Notes under the pieces: model-generated
What the model saw: the letters and a program-made list of their open reading frames with translations, nothing else
What the model was told of the DNA's origin: nothing
Database searches by the model: none
Assembly: GCF_001194135.2 (NCBI RefSeq)
Contig: NC_068990.1
Coordinates: forward strand, 34,574,740-34,617,891
Direction of reading: 5' to 3'
From: Octopus bimaculoides
Lineage: Eukaryota
Length of the DNA: 43,152 nucleotides
In this document: piece after piece, positions 11,892 to 24,479 of the stretch
Layout of the letters: each line of letters starts with the position of its first letter
How positions within the stretch are numbered: position 1 is the first letter of the stretch
Translations under genes and position numbers: made by a program

Positions 11892-12273
11892 AGAAACACA
11901 AGATTGCAACGTATGTATATTTTTATTTATAATAATCTCAGTTTAGTTGTCATTCTAGAAGATTTAACAATGAGTTAATGTTGGGTGACATTTGTCTGCA
12001 AATCCAAAGCAAAATATCCGGAGAAAACAGTAACATTTCAAAGAATCATTATTTCGATTATTCTAAAATCATATATGAAATACATACTGTGTATGCTCAG
12101 AATTGTCAGGAAAAGTCAGAAGTTCAAATAAAAAGTTTCAAAATTAATTGAAAATCAATAATCATTATTTACTGCCACACAGCCGCAAGTTTCCTTGTTC
12201 AATCTGACCCCACAATACTTTAAGCCTGCGTCTTCTATCAAAACCTCGAGCTCACAAAAGCTGCTTCATAAAT

Positions 12274-12500
12274 GATGGGTGCCCAAAAGAAACCGGAATT
12301 CTGCAATATTATTCATTAAGTTTTACATGTTTGCACTTTTATCGCCTTCGAAACATTCTCCATTTCAAGCAAAGTATCGGTCCAAGCACGTTTTCCACTG
12401 TTCGAAGCAGTCATGGAACTCTTGCGAAGTGATACCTTCTAACGGCTCTATCGTCTTTTTCTTCAACTCTTCCACATCTGCAAAACTTCTCTCATTGGGA
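12274..12500 (-). mobile_element. Mariner transposon remnant: transposase C-terminus plus terminal region
   Basis: Minus-strand translation of ~12497->12323 gives NERSFADVEELKKKTIEPLEGITSQEFHDCFEQWKTCLDRYFA*NGECFEGDKSANM*, a typical mariner C-terminus. The TIR-like gatgggtgcccaaaagaaaccggaatt starts at 12274. Confidence 0.85.
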
Positions 12501-12537
12501 GTGGGGTTAGGCGGTGTGGGGGGTTAAAAAAATCGTC

Positions 12538-12637
12538 CTACTGTGTGGCACCTTGGGCAAGTGCCTTCTGCTATAGCCTCGAGCCGTCTGAAGCCTTCTG
12601 AGTGGGTTTGGTAGACGGAAACGGAAAGAAGCCCGTC

Positions 12638-12640
<3 letters not shown>
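12538..12640 (+). mobile_element. SINE family A body fragment, running into (TA)n and a gap
   Basis: gtggcaccttgggcaagtgccttctgctatagcctcg...ggtagacggaaacggaaagaagcccgtcgta. Confidence 0.9.
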
Positions 12641-12685
<45 letters not shown>

Positions 12686-12967
12686 NNNNNNNNNNNNNNN
12701 NNNNNNNNNNNNNNNNNNNNNNNNNNNNNNNNNNNNNNNNNNNNNNNNNNNNNNNNNNNNNNNNNNNNNNNNNNNNNNNNNNNNNNNNNNNNNNNNNNNN
12801 NNNNNNNNNNNNNNNNNNNNNNNNNNNNNNNNNNNNNNNNNNNNNNNNNNNNNNNNNNNNNNNNNNNNNNNNNNNNNNNNNNNNNNNNNNNNNNNNNNNN
12901 NNNNNNNNNNNNNNNNNNNNNNNNNNNNNNNNNNNNNNNNNNNNNNNNNNNNNNNNNNNNNNNNNNN

Positions 12968-13013
<46 letters not shown>

Positions 13014-13765
13014 GAAAGAAAGAATGAACAGGCAAAACCTTTGGAATTTATAATTCAAATATAATTGTAGAGTCGTGAGTGTAAATCAGGGATTAAGAGG
13101 TTGTGCATAAGAGGTTTTAAGCACAACAGCTTAAACCTTTGTTTAGTCTAGCAACTCAGCAATTATGTTGAAATGTTAAACTCCATGCTCTAAAGTTATA
13201 ACACATTTTGTCAGTTCATTATTTCTTTCTAATATATATATATATATGTACCCGCTTAATGATGAATCACTTATAGCCATTCATTGGTAGGCTGCTACAG
13301 TAGCAATTTTGTTTTAGTCACAGTTCAAATGAAACTCGGAGTTTTATCATGGCTACCGAATAATTGTCACATATTATTTACACACACACACACCCACACA
13401 CACACACACATATCTATATTATATATAAAATAGAGATGTGTGTGTAATCGCTTTCCACGTGAAATCGACTTCACCAAATGCTTCCATGCTTGTGATGCGT
13501 GAATAATTTGACCTCGGATAAATCTTAGGCTCTTCATTTGATTTTTTAAATTTTATCTAAGATTCACTTCTTTAAAAAGGTTCCTCATTGTCAACTTCCG
13601 GTATTGACTTAACAACGGCAAAAAACTTTCACTCTCTATTTTGTGTGTGAGTGTGTGTGTGAGTGTGTATGAGAGAGAGAGAGAGAGAGAGTAAATACTA
13701 CATACACACCGCTCTCTCACTCTGTCTCACACACATACACACACACACACACACACCCCTTGATT

Positions 13766-14022
13766 CACTCACACTCTGTCTCTTACAAACACACACATAC
13801 ATAAATGTATACAAACATATTTACAAAGACACACGTGTGTATGCGCGTGCGTGCGTGTTTGTAAGAGACAGAGTGTGAGTGAGTCAAGGGCTGTGTTGTC
13901 ATATGCATACATCCAAAGATGTATGTATATTTATGCATGTACGTATACATGACAACAAACCTCTCTCTCTCACTCACACTCTGTCTCTTACAAACACACA
14001 CACACACATAAATGTATACAAA
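13766..14022. repeat. Direct duplication with ~205-bp period, ending at an assembly gap
   Basis: cactcacactctgtctcttacaaacacacac...ataaatgtatacaaa occurs at 13766-13815 and 13971-14022. Confidence 0.85.
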
Positions 14023-14432
14023 NNNNNNNNNNNNNNNNNNNNNNNNNNNNNNNNNNNNNNNNNNNNNNNNNNNNNNNNNNNNNNNNNNNNNNNNNNNNNN
14101 NNNNNNNNNNNNNNNNNNNNNNNNNNNNNNNNNNNNNNNNNNNNNNNNNNNNNNNNNNNNNNNNNNNNNNNNNNNNNNNNNNNNNNNNNNNNNNNNNNNN
14201 NNNNNNNNNNNNNNNNNNNNNNNNNNNNNNNNNNNNNNNNNNNNNNNNNNNNNNNNNNNNNNNNNNNNNNNNNNNNNNNNNNNNNNNNNNNNNNNNNNNN
14301 NNNNNNNNNNNNNNNNNNNNNNNNNNNNNNNNNNNNNNNNNNNNNNNNNNNNNNNNNNNNNNNNNNNNNNNNNNNNNNNNNNNNNNNNNNNNNNNNNNNN
14401 NNNNNNNNNNNNNNNNNNNNNNNNNNNNNNNN

Positions 14433-14481
<49 letters not shown>

Positions 14482-14654
14482 CTGTACAATGCTGGTGATT
14501 CAACACTGTATTGCATTGATTATCGATTGGCAGGTGATCATCAGTTCAGTCTAATACTTTATTGAACTGAAGGTCAGATCCATTGTTAGATAAAAAAGAT
14601 ACACTAATGTAAGGCATGTGAAACAAACATAGGACAGCATAAGAAACCTCTAAT

Positions 14655-14835
14655 TAGACGATGATCGTGAAAGAAATAGCAGCCAAATAGTTACCCATTA
14701 TCGTTTTCAATAAGAAAGGAATATTAAATAATGTAGCCTTACATTCCCCTAAAATGATGCGATGTTTATGGTTCGGACATCTTTGATCGTAGTTCTTTTC
14801 GATGATGGTTGACCTGTCGCCAAAAATTATTAACA
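14655..14835 (+). mobile_element. Repeat family E copy
   Basis: agaaatagcagccaaat...ataatgtagcctt...ctttgatcgtag...tgacctg...aacaac is colinear with 30760-30972 and 31705-31885. Confidence 0.65.
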
Positions 14836-16094
14836 ACATAAATACTGCTTGCATACAAACATCAGAATAATGCAAACACCAAACCCATGTGGAGTATAAG
14901 ATGGTGTTTGAACATGACTGATTTTGCGTAGGTTTGAGTCGACTGGGGATCTAAATAACATTTAGATGTACTATTAGAAGAATGTTGTAGTTTGCTTGAA
15001 GTGTAGGGAAATAAAGAATAATGGAGGCAGAGAGCTTCTAATTATACAGAAAGGAAAGTTTAGTAAACTTTGAATGTGACAACCACCATTGGACAGACAA
15101 AACCCGTACGGCAATTGACATGGCAGGATCTACGAAAACTTACATAATCTTTCAACCGTTAACTTCTGATGACGGTCTTTTGTGCCTGAAACATACAAAG
15201 GTTACTCAACTTTCCTTTTTGAAATTCTTAGAAGCGTTCCATCTTACATTCTTTGTTATTTTACATTTGTGCTTCGATATATGATTGTTGTTTAGAAACG
15301 TATTATCCTATGCGCTAAATTGAATTAAATGTCATAAAATGCTAAGAATTACCAAAATTTATTTGAAGCCATATTTCAACAGTGTTTTATCATCTTTTCA
15401 CTGGTCTATATAGCTGTAATGTTAATGTTTCGTATATATAGACTAAATCACTCTGAAAGGTATCGTACGAGTAGTGACTGAATTAATATCAAATTTAGAT
15501 AAGGATTACATGAAGAAATGCCTGTAAGTATGAAGTATGTTTAAACATTGACTAGGGAGTGTTTCAATTGGATCTATCAGTGCTGTTGAATGTTTTCGGG
15601 AAATGCAATTACAGATTTCTAACATATTAATACAAGTTGATGGCATAAATACATAGGGAACCATCGAATTTTATGAAATTCGTTTTCTTCGAAATCTGTA
15701 TTTGTCACATTGCTCGAAATACGGAGCTCATTCATACATGAAATACAGCTCGCAGATTTGACAGTTTCAGATTGAAGTAATGTGTAAATCGGTAAAGAAA
15801 ATCTGGAATTCAAAACGGCCATCAGAGTGTGTGGTATGTGAAGAAAATGATTTGTATGTGTTGAAATAACATTTTATTACAGAGGCAAGTTAACAGAAGT
15901 GAATCTGTGTAAAGTAAAGTAAAATGTAATTCAAGACTCAAGAACAGCTGATTTGATTAGAGGAAAGGCTAATACTTAATTAATTAACTATGATAGTACT
16001 GTAGATTATTGGTTAGATCATTGGGGACATATGTTCAATCTTCAATCTATGGTCGACTGATCCGGCAAACAGTAGTAAGTTCTGGACATTACTG

Positions 16095-16319
16095 TTTCGC
16101 ATCCTAAGACTCACGGGATCGGTTACTCGGTTTTCTAAGTTACCGAGATCACAACATTTCCCTTTAACCAGACGCCAGTTCGTCTCAGGGTTAAACTTTT
16201 ACACCTGAGTGGACTAGACTACGTGAGATAAAGTCTTTTGGTCAACAACACAAGGCACCTGCTGAGCATGTTCTTGCGATCATGAGTGTAACACCCTGAC
16301 CACTAGGCTACATGCCTTC
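16095..16319 (-). mobile_element. SINE family D, degenerate
   Basis: The reverse complement reads gaaggcatgtagcctagtggtcagggtgttacactcatgatcg...tagtccactcagg, with the same head as 27875 and 36829. Confidence 0.75.
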
Positions 16320-16952
16320 TTAATCAGCGAATAGTTTGTATAAATTGTATAAATACTTGTGAGTGGAACATTTTTCCTGAAAATGATAAAATTTTTTCCT
16401 GTTTTTCAGGTTCTAAAATACTGGCTGAGGTTGCATTAGACCCTTCTCCACATTTATATTATCTGTATTATTTTCCACAATTCCTTTCCCTATAATTAGA
16501 ATGTCATCGAACAAGTCAGCAAATGAGGTCGAAGACAAGGTCGAAATGAACTTCCTTTCACATCATGTACAATATCATCATCATCTCCATACGCTTGTTT
16601 TTCGGTAATGTTCTACATAACGAATAATCTCAAGAGAAAACAAACTACAGTACTCTAAAACGGGAGACACTTCTGTGATACCTGTAATATCAACTTTCAT
16701 TCAATGCATTTAATCTTTGTATGTAAATTTCGGGATGTATTGTATGTAGTCTTTGGGAAGTCTTTGATGCGTTCACGGTGTGGTCATTACTATGTAACAA
16801 GCACTCACTCACGCAAAGAACATGGACTAAAAATTCCTAAAGATACTACGAAATTGCAATGTTTTCACCAATTTCTCAGTCATGATTAACAAAACGCGGA
16901 ACTGGTAGACTATATAAATATTCTCTCTTTTCGTATGTGTGTGTGTTTGTGT

Positions 16953-16984
<32 letters not shown>

Positions 16985-17803
16985 GCACACACGTTTGTAA
17001 TGGTGTGTTCAGATTTTATATGAAATAAGAGAATAGTCAGGATTAAAATAAATACTATTAATTGAGCTCTTTCATCTCCTTCCGAGATTTGTCATGAATT
17101 GCGGGGCTGTTGAAAACTTTTCTTTTATGTATATATATATATATATGAATTTTGTTCACTGTTCCATCAAGGTAAGATAAACAAAAGCAGTACTCCACCC
17201 AGTGAGAGATAAATATCATTTAATGTACACAATATAAAGATACGAGATACAAATAATATCCTGTATTGGAGACGTAAGTCTAGGCAGGTTTTTTTCAATA
17301 CGCCTTGTGTCTCCAAGCAATCTTCGGGATCTAAGCACATGGTCTATTTGATTTACAAAACAGGGCACTAATACAAGAGAAATAGCAAGAAAGAACGAGA
17401 AGAGAGATGCAGAAAGTGGAAGAGTGAATAAAAAACGGAAAAAGAAAAGGAAAGAAAATTATGTCCCCTTTGACTGTAAAGCAATAATTAAACTAGTTGT
17501 AGAATATTTCAATGGAGAAGGGTCCAAAGTCTGCGAGACGGCTGCTCAATCCGGAGAGGATAGTGTCCTCCAGTTCGCTAAAATAATTTGTCTATATGTT
17601 AGCATCTGTTGAAAATTTCAGATCTGGAATTCAATATTTTGAACCAGTACTTGGGTATTTATAGAAAGAAAAGATCTTGAATCTTTTGTTTGCGCATCTT
17701 TCTAGATGTTCTATTTGCTTCAAAAGTCACACATGGTTCGCCACTGGATTGTCCAACGACGACTCGGCTGAAGTTGAAATTTCGATCCCCATCTTTCCAG
17801 TGA

Positions 17804-18218
17804 TACTCTCTTTTACTCTTTTACTTGTTTCAGTTATTTGACTGCAGCCATGCTGGAGCACCGCCTTTAGTCGAGCAAATCGATCCCAGGACTTATTCTT
17901 TGTAAGCCTAGTACTTATTCTATCGGTCTCTTTTGCCGAACCGCTAAGTTACGGGGACGTAAACACACCAGCATCGGTTGTCAAGCGATGTTGGGGGGAC
18001 AAACACAGACACACAAACACACACACACACACATATATATATACATATACATATATACGACGGTCTTCTTTCAGTTTTTCGTCTACCAAATCCACTCACA
18101 AGGCTTTGGTCGGCCCGAGGTTATAGTAGAAGACACTTGCCCAAAGTGCCACGCAGTGGGACTGAACCCGGAACCATGTGGTTGGTAAGCAAGCTACTTA
18201 CCACACAGCCACTCCTGC
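17804..18218 (-). mobile_element. Near full-length composite SINE family A (tRNA head, CORE-like segment, internal microsatellite, 3' half)
   Basis: Minus-strand head gcaggagtggctgtgtggtaag...gggttcagtccc (A/B boxes), then ggcactttgggcaagtgtcttc (CORE-like), internal (TA)/(TG) at ~18005-18057, and a tail ending in aaaagagt repeats. It resembles octopus tRNA-derived SINEs (OK/OR group), but the exact family is unverified. Confidence 0.92.
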
Positions 18219-18544
18219 TGTTACAAAAAAAAAATTAAAAGAGAAATAGTTTTCATAAACTTGAAATGAAAATATTATTTTGCTAATTTCGGCACCCATA
18301 GAGGAGCAATTAGTACTATTTCACTTTATTCTTCGTACCTGATAATTGTCCCTTCGTTGACTATAAGTGTGCAGTCAAACAAAGGAACTGCTGAAGGTGG
18401 GATAGATTTCATCAGAGTAATCTAAACTAGCAGGACCTGTAAAAATTCCACGGTATAAATTGGCACGTTTGAAAACACTACGTTAGCATATTAAACACAA
18501 GCCAAAAGTTTCAAAAAATTCTTTTGAAAATTCTTACTTAAACA

Positions 18545-18675
18545 AGAGACTGATAGAATAAGTGCAAGGCTTTAATAAAAAGTCTTGGAGCCGATTTGTT
18601 TGATTGAAACCCTTCAAAGCGCTGCTCCAGCTTGGCCATAGTCAAATTACTGAAACAACTTAAAAAAAGAAAGGA
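18545..18675 (+). mobile_element. SINE family A, 3' fragment
   Basis: agagactgatagaataagtg...gctgctccagcttggccatagtcaaattactgaaacaa. Confidence 0.8.
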
Positions 18676-19907
18676 ACAAATGTTTATTATCTACACTTCT
18701 GTTAAATGTCTGTCCCTGTGTTGAGGTGACGCAGGCGGGGCATAAATTTCACCAGAATAATACAAATTTCCTGTGATGATTCACAGCGATGTACTAAAAA
18801 GAGTCTTGAACACTTGTTATAACTTCTTTGATATTGGAAGTAGACAGCCGTCTTTACGTGTAGTTTACTGCTTAATATTTATTGGTTTGAGATACCTGTC
18901 ATTTGCAGGTAGACAGGATATTCTAGGAATAGATATGTCGTTGAATAGTAAACAGATTGCACCTGGCATCTTACATTGTGAAAAAATAAAATTCAAAGTA
19001 AATATATTTTGGCAATAAAGAATTAAAAAAATATTTAAATATTATAAAAACAAGAGTATAAAATATTTTACATAATTAATAATTAATTATTTAACAATAA
19101 AAACTCGATATAAACAACAACAACAATAGCAATAACAACAGAGATAACACTGTTTATTTTCGTGCATAGAATCAGTAACCGCTGCAATATTTTGTTAAAA
19201 TAAATCGTTAGAATCACAGTTTAGACTAATGTTTGGTTGCATGAGTTTTGACGAGAAATACGGATTCTGGAAACATTCACAGCAGTTGTTTAAATAAGCT
19301 ATCTGACACGTCATCAAGAATTTCCGTAATATTTATTAAGACTTAATATGTAATGACGTATACATATGAATTATGTTATCATACACACAGCTACATAAAC
19401 ACAGATACACAGAGATACAAACACATACACAATGATATACACATAGACAGACACATATGTATATAACACACGCTTCTTACACATTAGCGCTCGGTAGCAA
19501 AGACCTATAGCCACACAGGCATACAGACACACATAGACACACATTTGTTTGCGTGTGGTTCTATTTAGGAATTTACGCACACACACACAGGCACACACAC
19601 AAACACACACACAAACACACGCACATACACCACACACACACACACATATGTGTGTATACACATGTGTATACCCGTGCACACACATATATGCTCATATATA
19701 ACATGTACATATGTGCAGATATATAATATATATATACAGATATATGCACATATATCTATGCATACATATGTATATATACAAAACAGAAACACATATTTAC
19801 ACACAAAAATATATAAACGTATATATATGTCTGTGTGTCTGTGTGGCTGTGTGTCTGTCTGTCAGTCTGTCTATGTATGTATGTATGTATGTATGTATGT
19901 ATGCATG

Positions 19908-19954
<47 letters not shown>

Positions 19955-19994
19955 GTTTACAGTAGATAGATAGATGCCCCGGGAATGTGTAACT

Positions 19995-20341
19995 AAAGGG
20001 TTCTCAACTATTTTTTTTTATCCATGGACCCATTTGCTAGTTTATTCTGGTGGACCCCCATAACCATTCGATGTTTAGAAACTAGTTTTATAGAAAGTCC
20101 TTTCAACATTCCTATTTTGTTTTTCAGACATTAACTTGTGTACGTTGAACTATGTAAAATGTCGGAGAAAGAAACCGAGCTGTTTCTTGCCAAAAATACC
20201 AATACATACACCTAAAGCCAAATCTTTTCAGGGGCCCTTGAAATACTATTGTGGGTCCCATTTTACTATTTTGTTACATGAATTCTCCAAAATCTTATAT
20301 GAACTCTCTGGGGCCATATCGATCCCGGTAAAGAACCACTA
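19995..20341. mobile_element. hAT-type MITE, degenerate
   Basis: Termini aaagggttctcaac and gtaaagaaccacta resemble a CAGTGGTTCTCAAC-type hAT TIR. The 8-bp flanks gtgtaact (19987-19994) and gtgtatat (20342-20349) match 6/8. Confidence 0.65.
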
Positions 20342-20723
20342 GTGTATATGATTGCCAAATGTTTTGAGTATGGTAGAAACTTTCTACACGCCACCTCTAT
20401 GTTCGACGTGGTATGACAATAACCATCGTAATTCTGTTGTGCGGAATATGTGTTACCGTTTAGAGAAAGGAACAAAGAAAACTTAACAAGCATCTTATGC
20501 TATATATAATGCACAAGTTCGTGATGTATATGATGTGTGTGTAGGCCTATCACAAAACACAATACAGTCGCCTCACTTCACTATTACCTAACGAAGTGTG
20601 TCAACTGTATTGTGTTGCGTATAATAAGGCATACCGGTTTACGTAATAACAGCGTTCAGCTTACTTAAACACGCGTACATTATATAATGGATAAAACGCT
20701 GGTTACACATTCTGTGTTCCTTC

Positions 20724-20787
<64 letters not shown>

Positions 20788-20788
20788 G

Positions 20789-20830
<42 letters not shown>

Positions 20831-20872
20831 GATCGATCTATCTATCTATCTATCTATCTATCGATCTATCTA
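20724..20872. repeat. (TATC)n/GATA microsatellite; other copies at 1405-1451, ~5000-5042 and ~19908-19953
   Basis: Read directly from the sequence. Confidence 0.98.
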
Positions 20873-20990
20873 CACATATACAAATATAAACATACATAAA
20901 TACACACACATATATAAACATACATGCATATTTAACTACACACATCCATCCACACACATACACACACGCACATACACACACACGCGCGCG

Positions 20991-21027
<37 letters not shown>

Positions 21028-21039
21028 CAGAGGCGAACT

Positions 21040-21975
21040 ACACAGCGTTGAATGAAAGATAGTTATGTACATTTACAGGTTCGTGTATATTCGGAAGGGG
21101 AAAGACAAAACGTTGCACAAAATGTTTCGAAAGAAGAACTTCTAAAGACATTATGAGTGTAAATACACTAGTAGGCCGCGAAGGACATTGCCGGACAGTA
21201 GGACGCATGCGTTTCAGCATCGTTACTCTTCATCAACTACGTATGCCAAGTCATTATTCATAGCCACTGGTCGCTGTCTATTGGAAGAACAAATGGTACA
21301 TTTTCTGATGTGCGAAAAGCTTTATGGACCTAGAATAAACTAACTTTTTGTCTTTCAAAGACGAAGCCATCGAGGATCTGCCACTTGGTATGAATCAAGA
21401 CTTGGCTGGTTCAGAAACACGATGATTTTTTCAAAATATCTAATAATTTCAGCAATAAATTAGTATATTTCGTTTCTATTCAGAGATAAAAAAGGAGACT
21501 ATTTATTTATCTAAATCTACAGATAACTCCTGGATTAAGATAACTAGCAAAATTCATTACATAACTGAAAAAAAAAATCATCTCCATGTCATAACTTGCT
21601 TGCCGCACAGATTATCCTGAACTCAAGCTATACATTTCTAATCCCCATTTCTGCTTTGTCTGCCTCGTCGATATCCGCGTTCTTCCGGAACGTTTCTTGT
21701 GGACGTTTTCAACAGACCCATCAGCTGCAAACTTTTCTCTAATTCGATTGATGATAAATCGCGTAGGTGGATCCGTTTGAAACTACTGCCTAAACTATCT
21801 TTGCGCTTCAACTGCATTTTCTAACTTCTGGTAGCACTTTAGGAAAAATTTCCTATTTGCAAAGCCTAGTCTGGCTACCTTCATTATACCTAATGGGTTA
21901 AATTAAAAAATTAATGAAAATTACGTGAATTATCAGCTTTTAAAGTATGTGCACAATTTTGGAGAACGCCATATA
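21040..21975 (-). mobile_element. Tc1/mariner-superfamily remnant with N-terminal HTH (DUF4817-like), internally deleted
   Basis: 21884->21660 translates as MKVARLGFANRKFFLKCYQKLENAVEAQR*FRQ*FQTDPPTRFIINRIREKFAADGSVENVHKKRSGRTRISTR. A possible C-terminal remnant (CIYTHNVF/EVLL) lies near 21130-21170. The left boundary is uncertain and matching TIRs were not confirmed. Confidence 0.75.
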
Positions 21976-21993
21976 TATATAAATATATACACA

Positions 21994-22037
<44 letters not shown>

Positions 22038-22855
22038 TATATATGCGTGACTGTGCGTGCGTGTGCGTTTAAATATCATATAAAGCAACTCATTTCCCAT
22101 ACAATCAAGCGCTTATTCACAATATTAAAGCTAAAGCTATCATATTCGATGCAATAAGGCAATGCATTTTAATTAATTAAATGCACACTCTTTATAATGA
22201 GATTAATCAGTTTCTAAATGACTAATTCTGGTCAAATAGATAAGGAAATGGCAGTCACCAAATTTTAATTAATTGAAATTTCCATATTTACTCAACTACA
22301 ATGCATTCTCAAATATAATGTGATCCTCAATTTTTGGAGCTAAATATTAGTCATGTATATCTACTTCTTTTATTGACTTTTCACACCCAGCAATAATAGG
22401 ACTCCTTTACCAGTTTTGCTCTATTGTTTTGTATTAAATCCGCGTATTATGCACGAGCATTTACGATAATTAAATAAGTAGATAGGAAACTGCAGTGGCT
22501 GATGGGTGTGACTTTTAGTTGTAGGTTTGACATCTCTGGATATACTGCAGTCATATTGGACATCGATATTGAAACACTTAAATTGCAATTGAAGGATCTT
22601 ATTTAAAATGACATATACACACACGTACAGAGACACAATGATACAACCATTATCGAGGTTGGCTTTTACTCTTTCATATTCATGTAACATAGACATTCAC
22701 AAACAGATACAGAAATACGCTTTCACGAGTATATGTCCACACATGCATGATGCAACGCATTCATTTTGCGCTCTTCTACCCATTAAAATCAAACATCCAA
22801 AAGCATGTATACGCATATACATACAAACTCATTATTATTGATTATAAAAAATTAA

Positions 22856-23080
22856 GGCGGTTTGCTGGCGAAATCGTTAGGAGCGTCGGACAAAATGCTT
22901 GAGGCATTTCTTCCGGCTCTTTACGTTCTGAGTTTGAATGCCACCGAGGTCAACTTTGACTTTCATCCTTTTTGTGTTCGACAAAATAAGTACCAGTTGA
23001 GCAATAAGGTTGATTTAATCGGTTTGCCTCCTCCCCTAAAATTTGCTGGCCTTGTGCCACAATTATCAATAAAGAATTAT
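22856..23080 (+). mobile_element. SINE family B, near full-length
   Basis: ggcggtttgctggcgaaatcgttagg...ctgagtttgaatgccaccgaggtcaactttg...ggccttgtgccac...aagaattatt. Confidence 0.9.
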
Positions 23081-23104
23081 TGATTGTCATATGGGTTATA
23101 CACA

Positions 23105-23240
23105 TTTATTCGGCGAAGGGTAGTCAATTATACTCTGAGGGTAGCAGCAGTTTGTAACTGTTACTTTATTAATCGGCTGCAGAAGATGTAAAATTAAGCT
23201 CGGCGGGATTTGAAATCAGAACGCAAAGGTAACTAAATAT
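23105..23240 (-). mobile_element. SINE family B fragment, inverted relative to 22856-23080
   Basis: The reverse complement ctttgcgttctgatttcaaatcccgccgagc matches ctttacgttctgagtttgaatgccaccgagg at 24/31 nt. Confidence 0.7.
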
Positions 23241-23284
23241 GTAGTGGTTTGTCTAACAAGTCACTGTTCTTTCTCACATGGGAT

Positions 23285-23329
23285 TATAAGTGCGAGTGTG
23301 GATATATATATGTATATAAGTGCGAGTGT

Positions 23330-23340
<11 letters not shown>
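23285..23340. repeat. 30-bp-period duplication adjoining (TA)n
   Basis: tataagtgcgagtgtggatatatata occurs at 23285 and 23315. Confidence 0.9.
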
Positions 23341-23396
<56 letters not shown>

Positions 23397-24410
23397 TGTG
23401 TTTCTCTGAGTGTCTGTTTCCGTCTATATATGTGTGTACTTATCACACACATAAACACAAATATATAATATACATACATGTATTTACATTTACACGTGTG
23501 TGTGTGTATATGTGTGTATCTGTTGCCCAACCTGTATTATGTATACAAGCAGGCATATATTTCTCTGTAAATACGTGAGTATATATATATCTATACACAC
23601 ACACGCACACACATGAGATTAATATGTGTGTGTGTACATATGTATATATAAGCATATATACGTACATATATATATATATACATATGTATATATATATATG
23701 TGTGTATGTGTGTGTGCGTGTTTATATATGTATATAAGTTTATGCGTATGTATATAAGTACAGGTATGAATGTGTGCACATCTACCTGCGTGTACATGTG
23801 TGTGTGTGCTCGACTGTGAGTGCGCGCACGCGTGCGTGAATCACATAAGTATTTCTACAATCGCAACCGTGTGTATGCTTTATATGTGTTTGCCATTTTT
23901 TTTTTTCAATTGCTAGTATTCATTTTTCTTTTTAATTTCAATTTGTCGTCCTCGCGGCTTTTTGGCGAGATTTAAAAATTTCTGACATGTTGTCAAGAAG
24001 GTTTGACGATACCCCAAGGGTATTTAAAGATGGAGTTTGTGTGTGTTTGCGTGGTTCTGATCAAATCGGGGTGGGGGATGGGCTTTTATCAGAGAAACAA
24101 AACCAAGTAAAATAAAATGAGGGGGGGGAAAGCCCCAACCCGCCTTCACCCCAAGCACAAAGAAGAAATAACAATGAATTAAAGAGATAATAGAACAAGT
24201 ATGCTGTTAAACACGCATAGGCAAACAGAGAAGAACGCATACACACATGCTCATATACTCTGTCTCATACGCACAAATTCATGCAAGTGTGTGCTTACAC
24301 ACAGAGACGCACTTGCATGCATATACATCATTTCCTACGTGGCTTAAAACTAACCAAAAGCAGACACAAACACAATTATGAGATATCTGAAAGATGCAAA
24401 ACTGATGCAT

Positions 24411-24479
<69 letters not shown>

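Noticed and set aside
16391-17177. Strong splice acceptor (ttttttcctgtttttcag|g, 16409) and donor (caag|gtaaga, 17172)
   Set aside because: The frame after the acceptor stops within ~30 codons, the two sites do not bound a plausible exon, and the peptide is unrecognised. A non-coding exon cannot be excluded without RNA-seq.
18771-18900. C-box GTGATGA
   Set aside because: No D box (CTGA) at a suitable distance.
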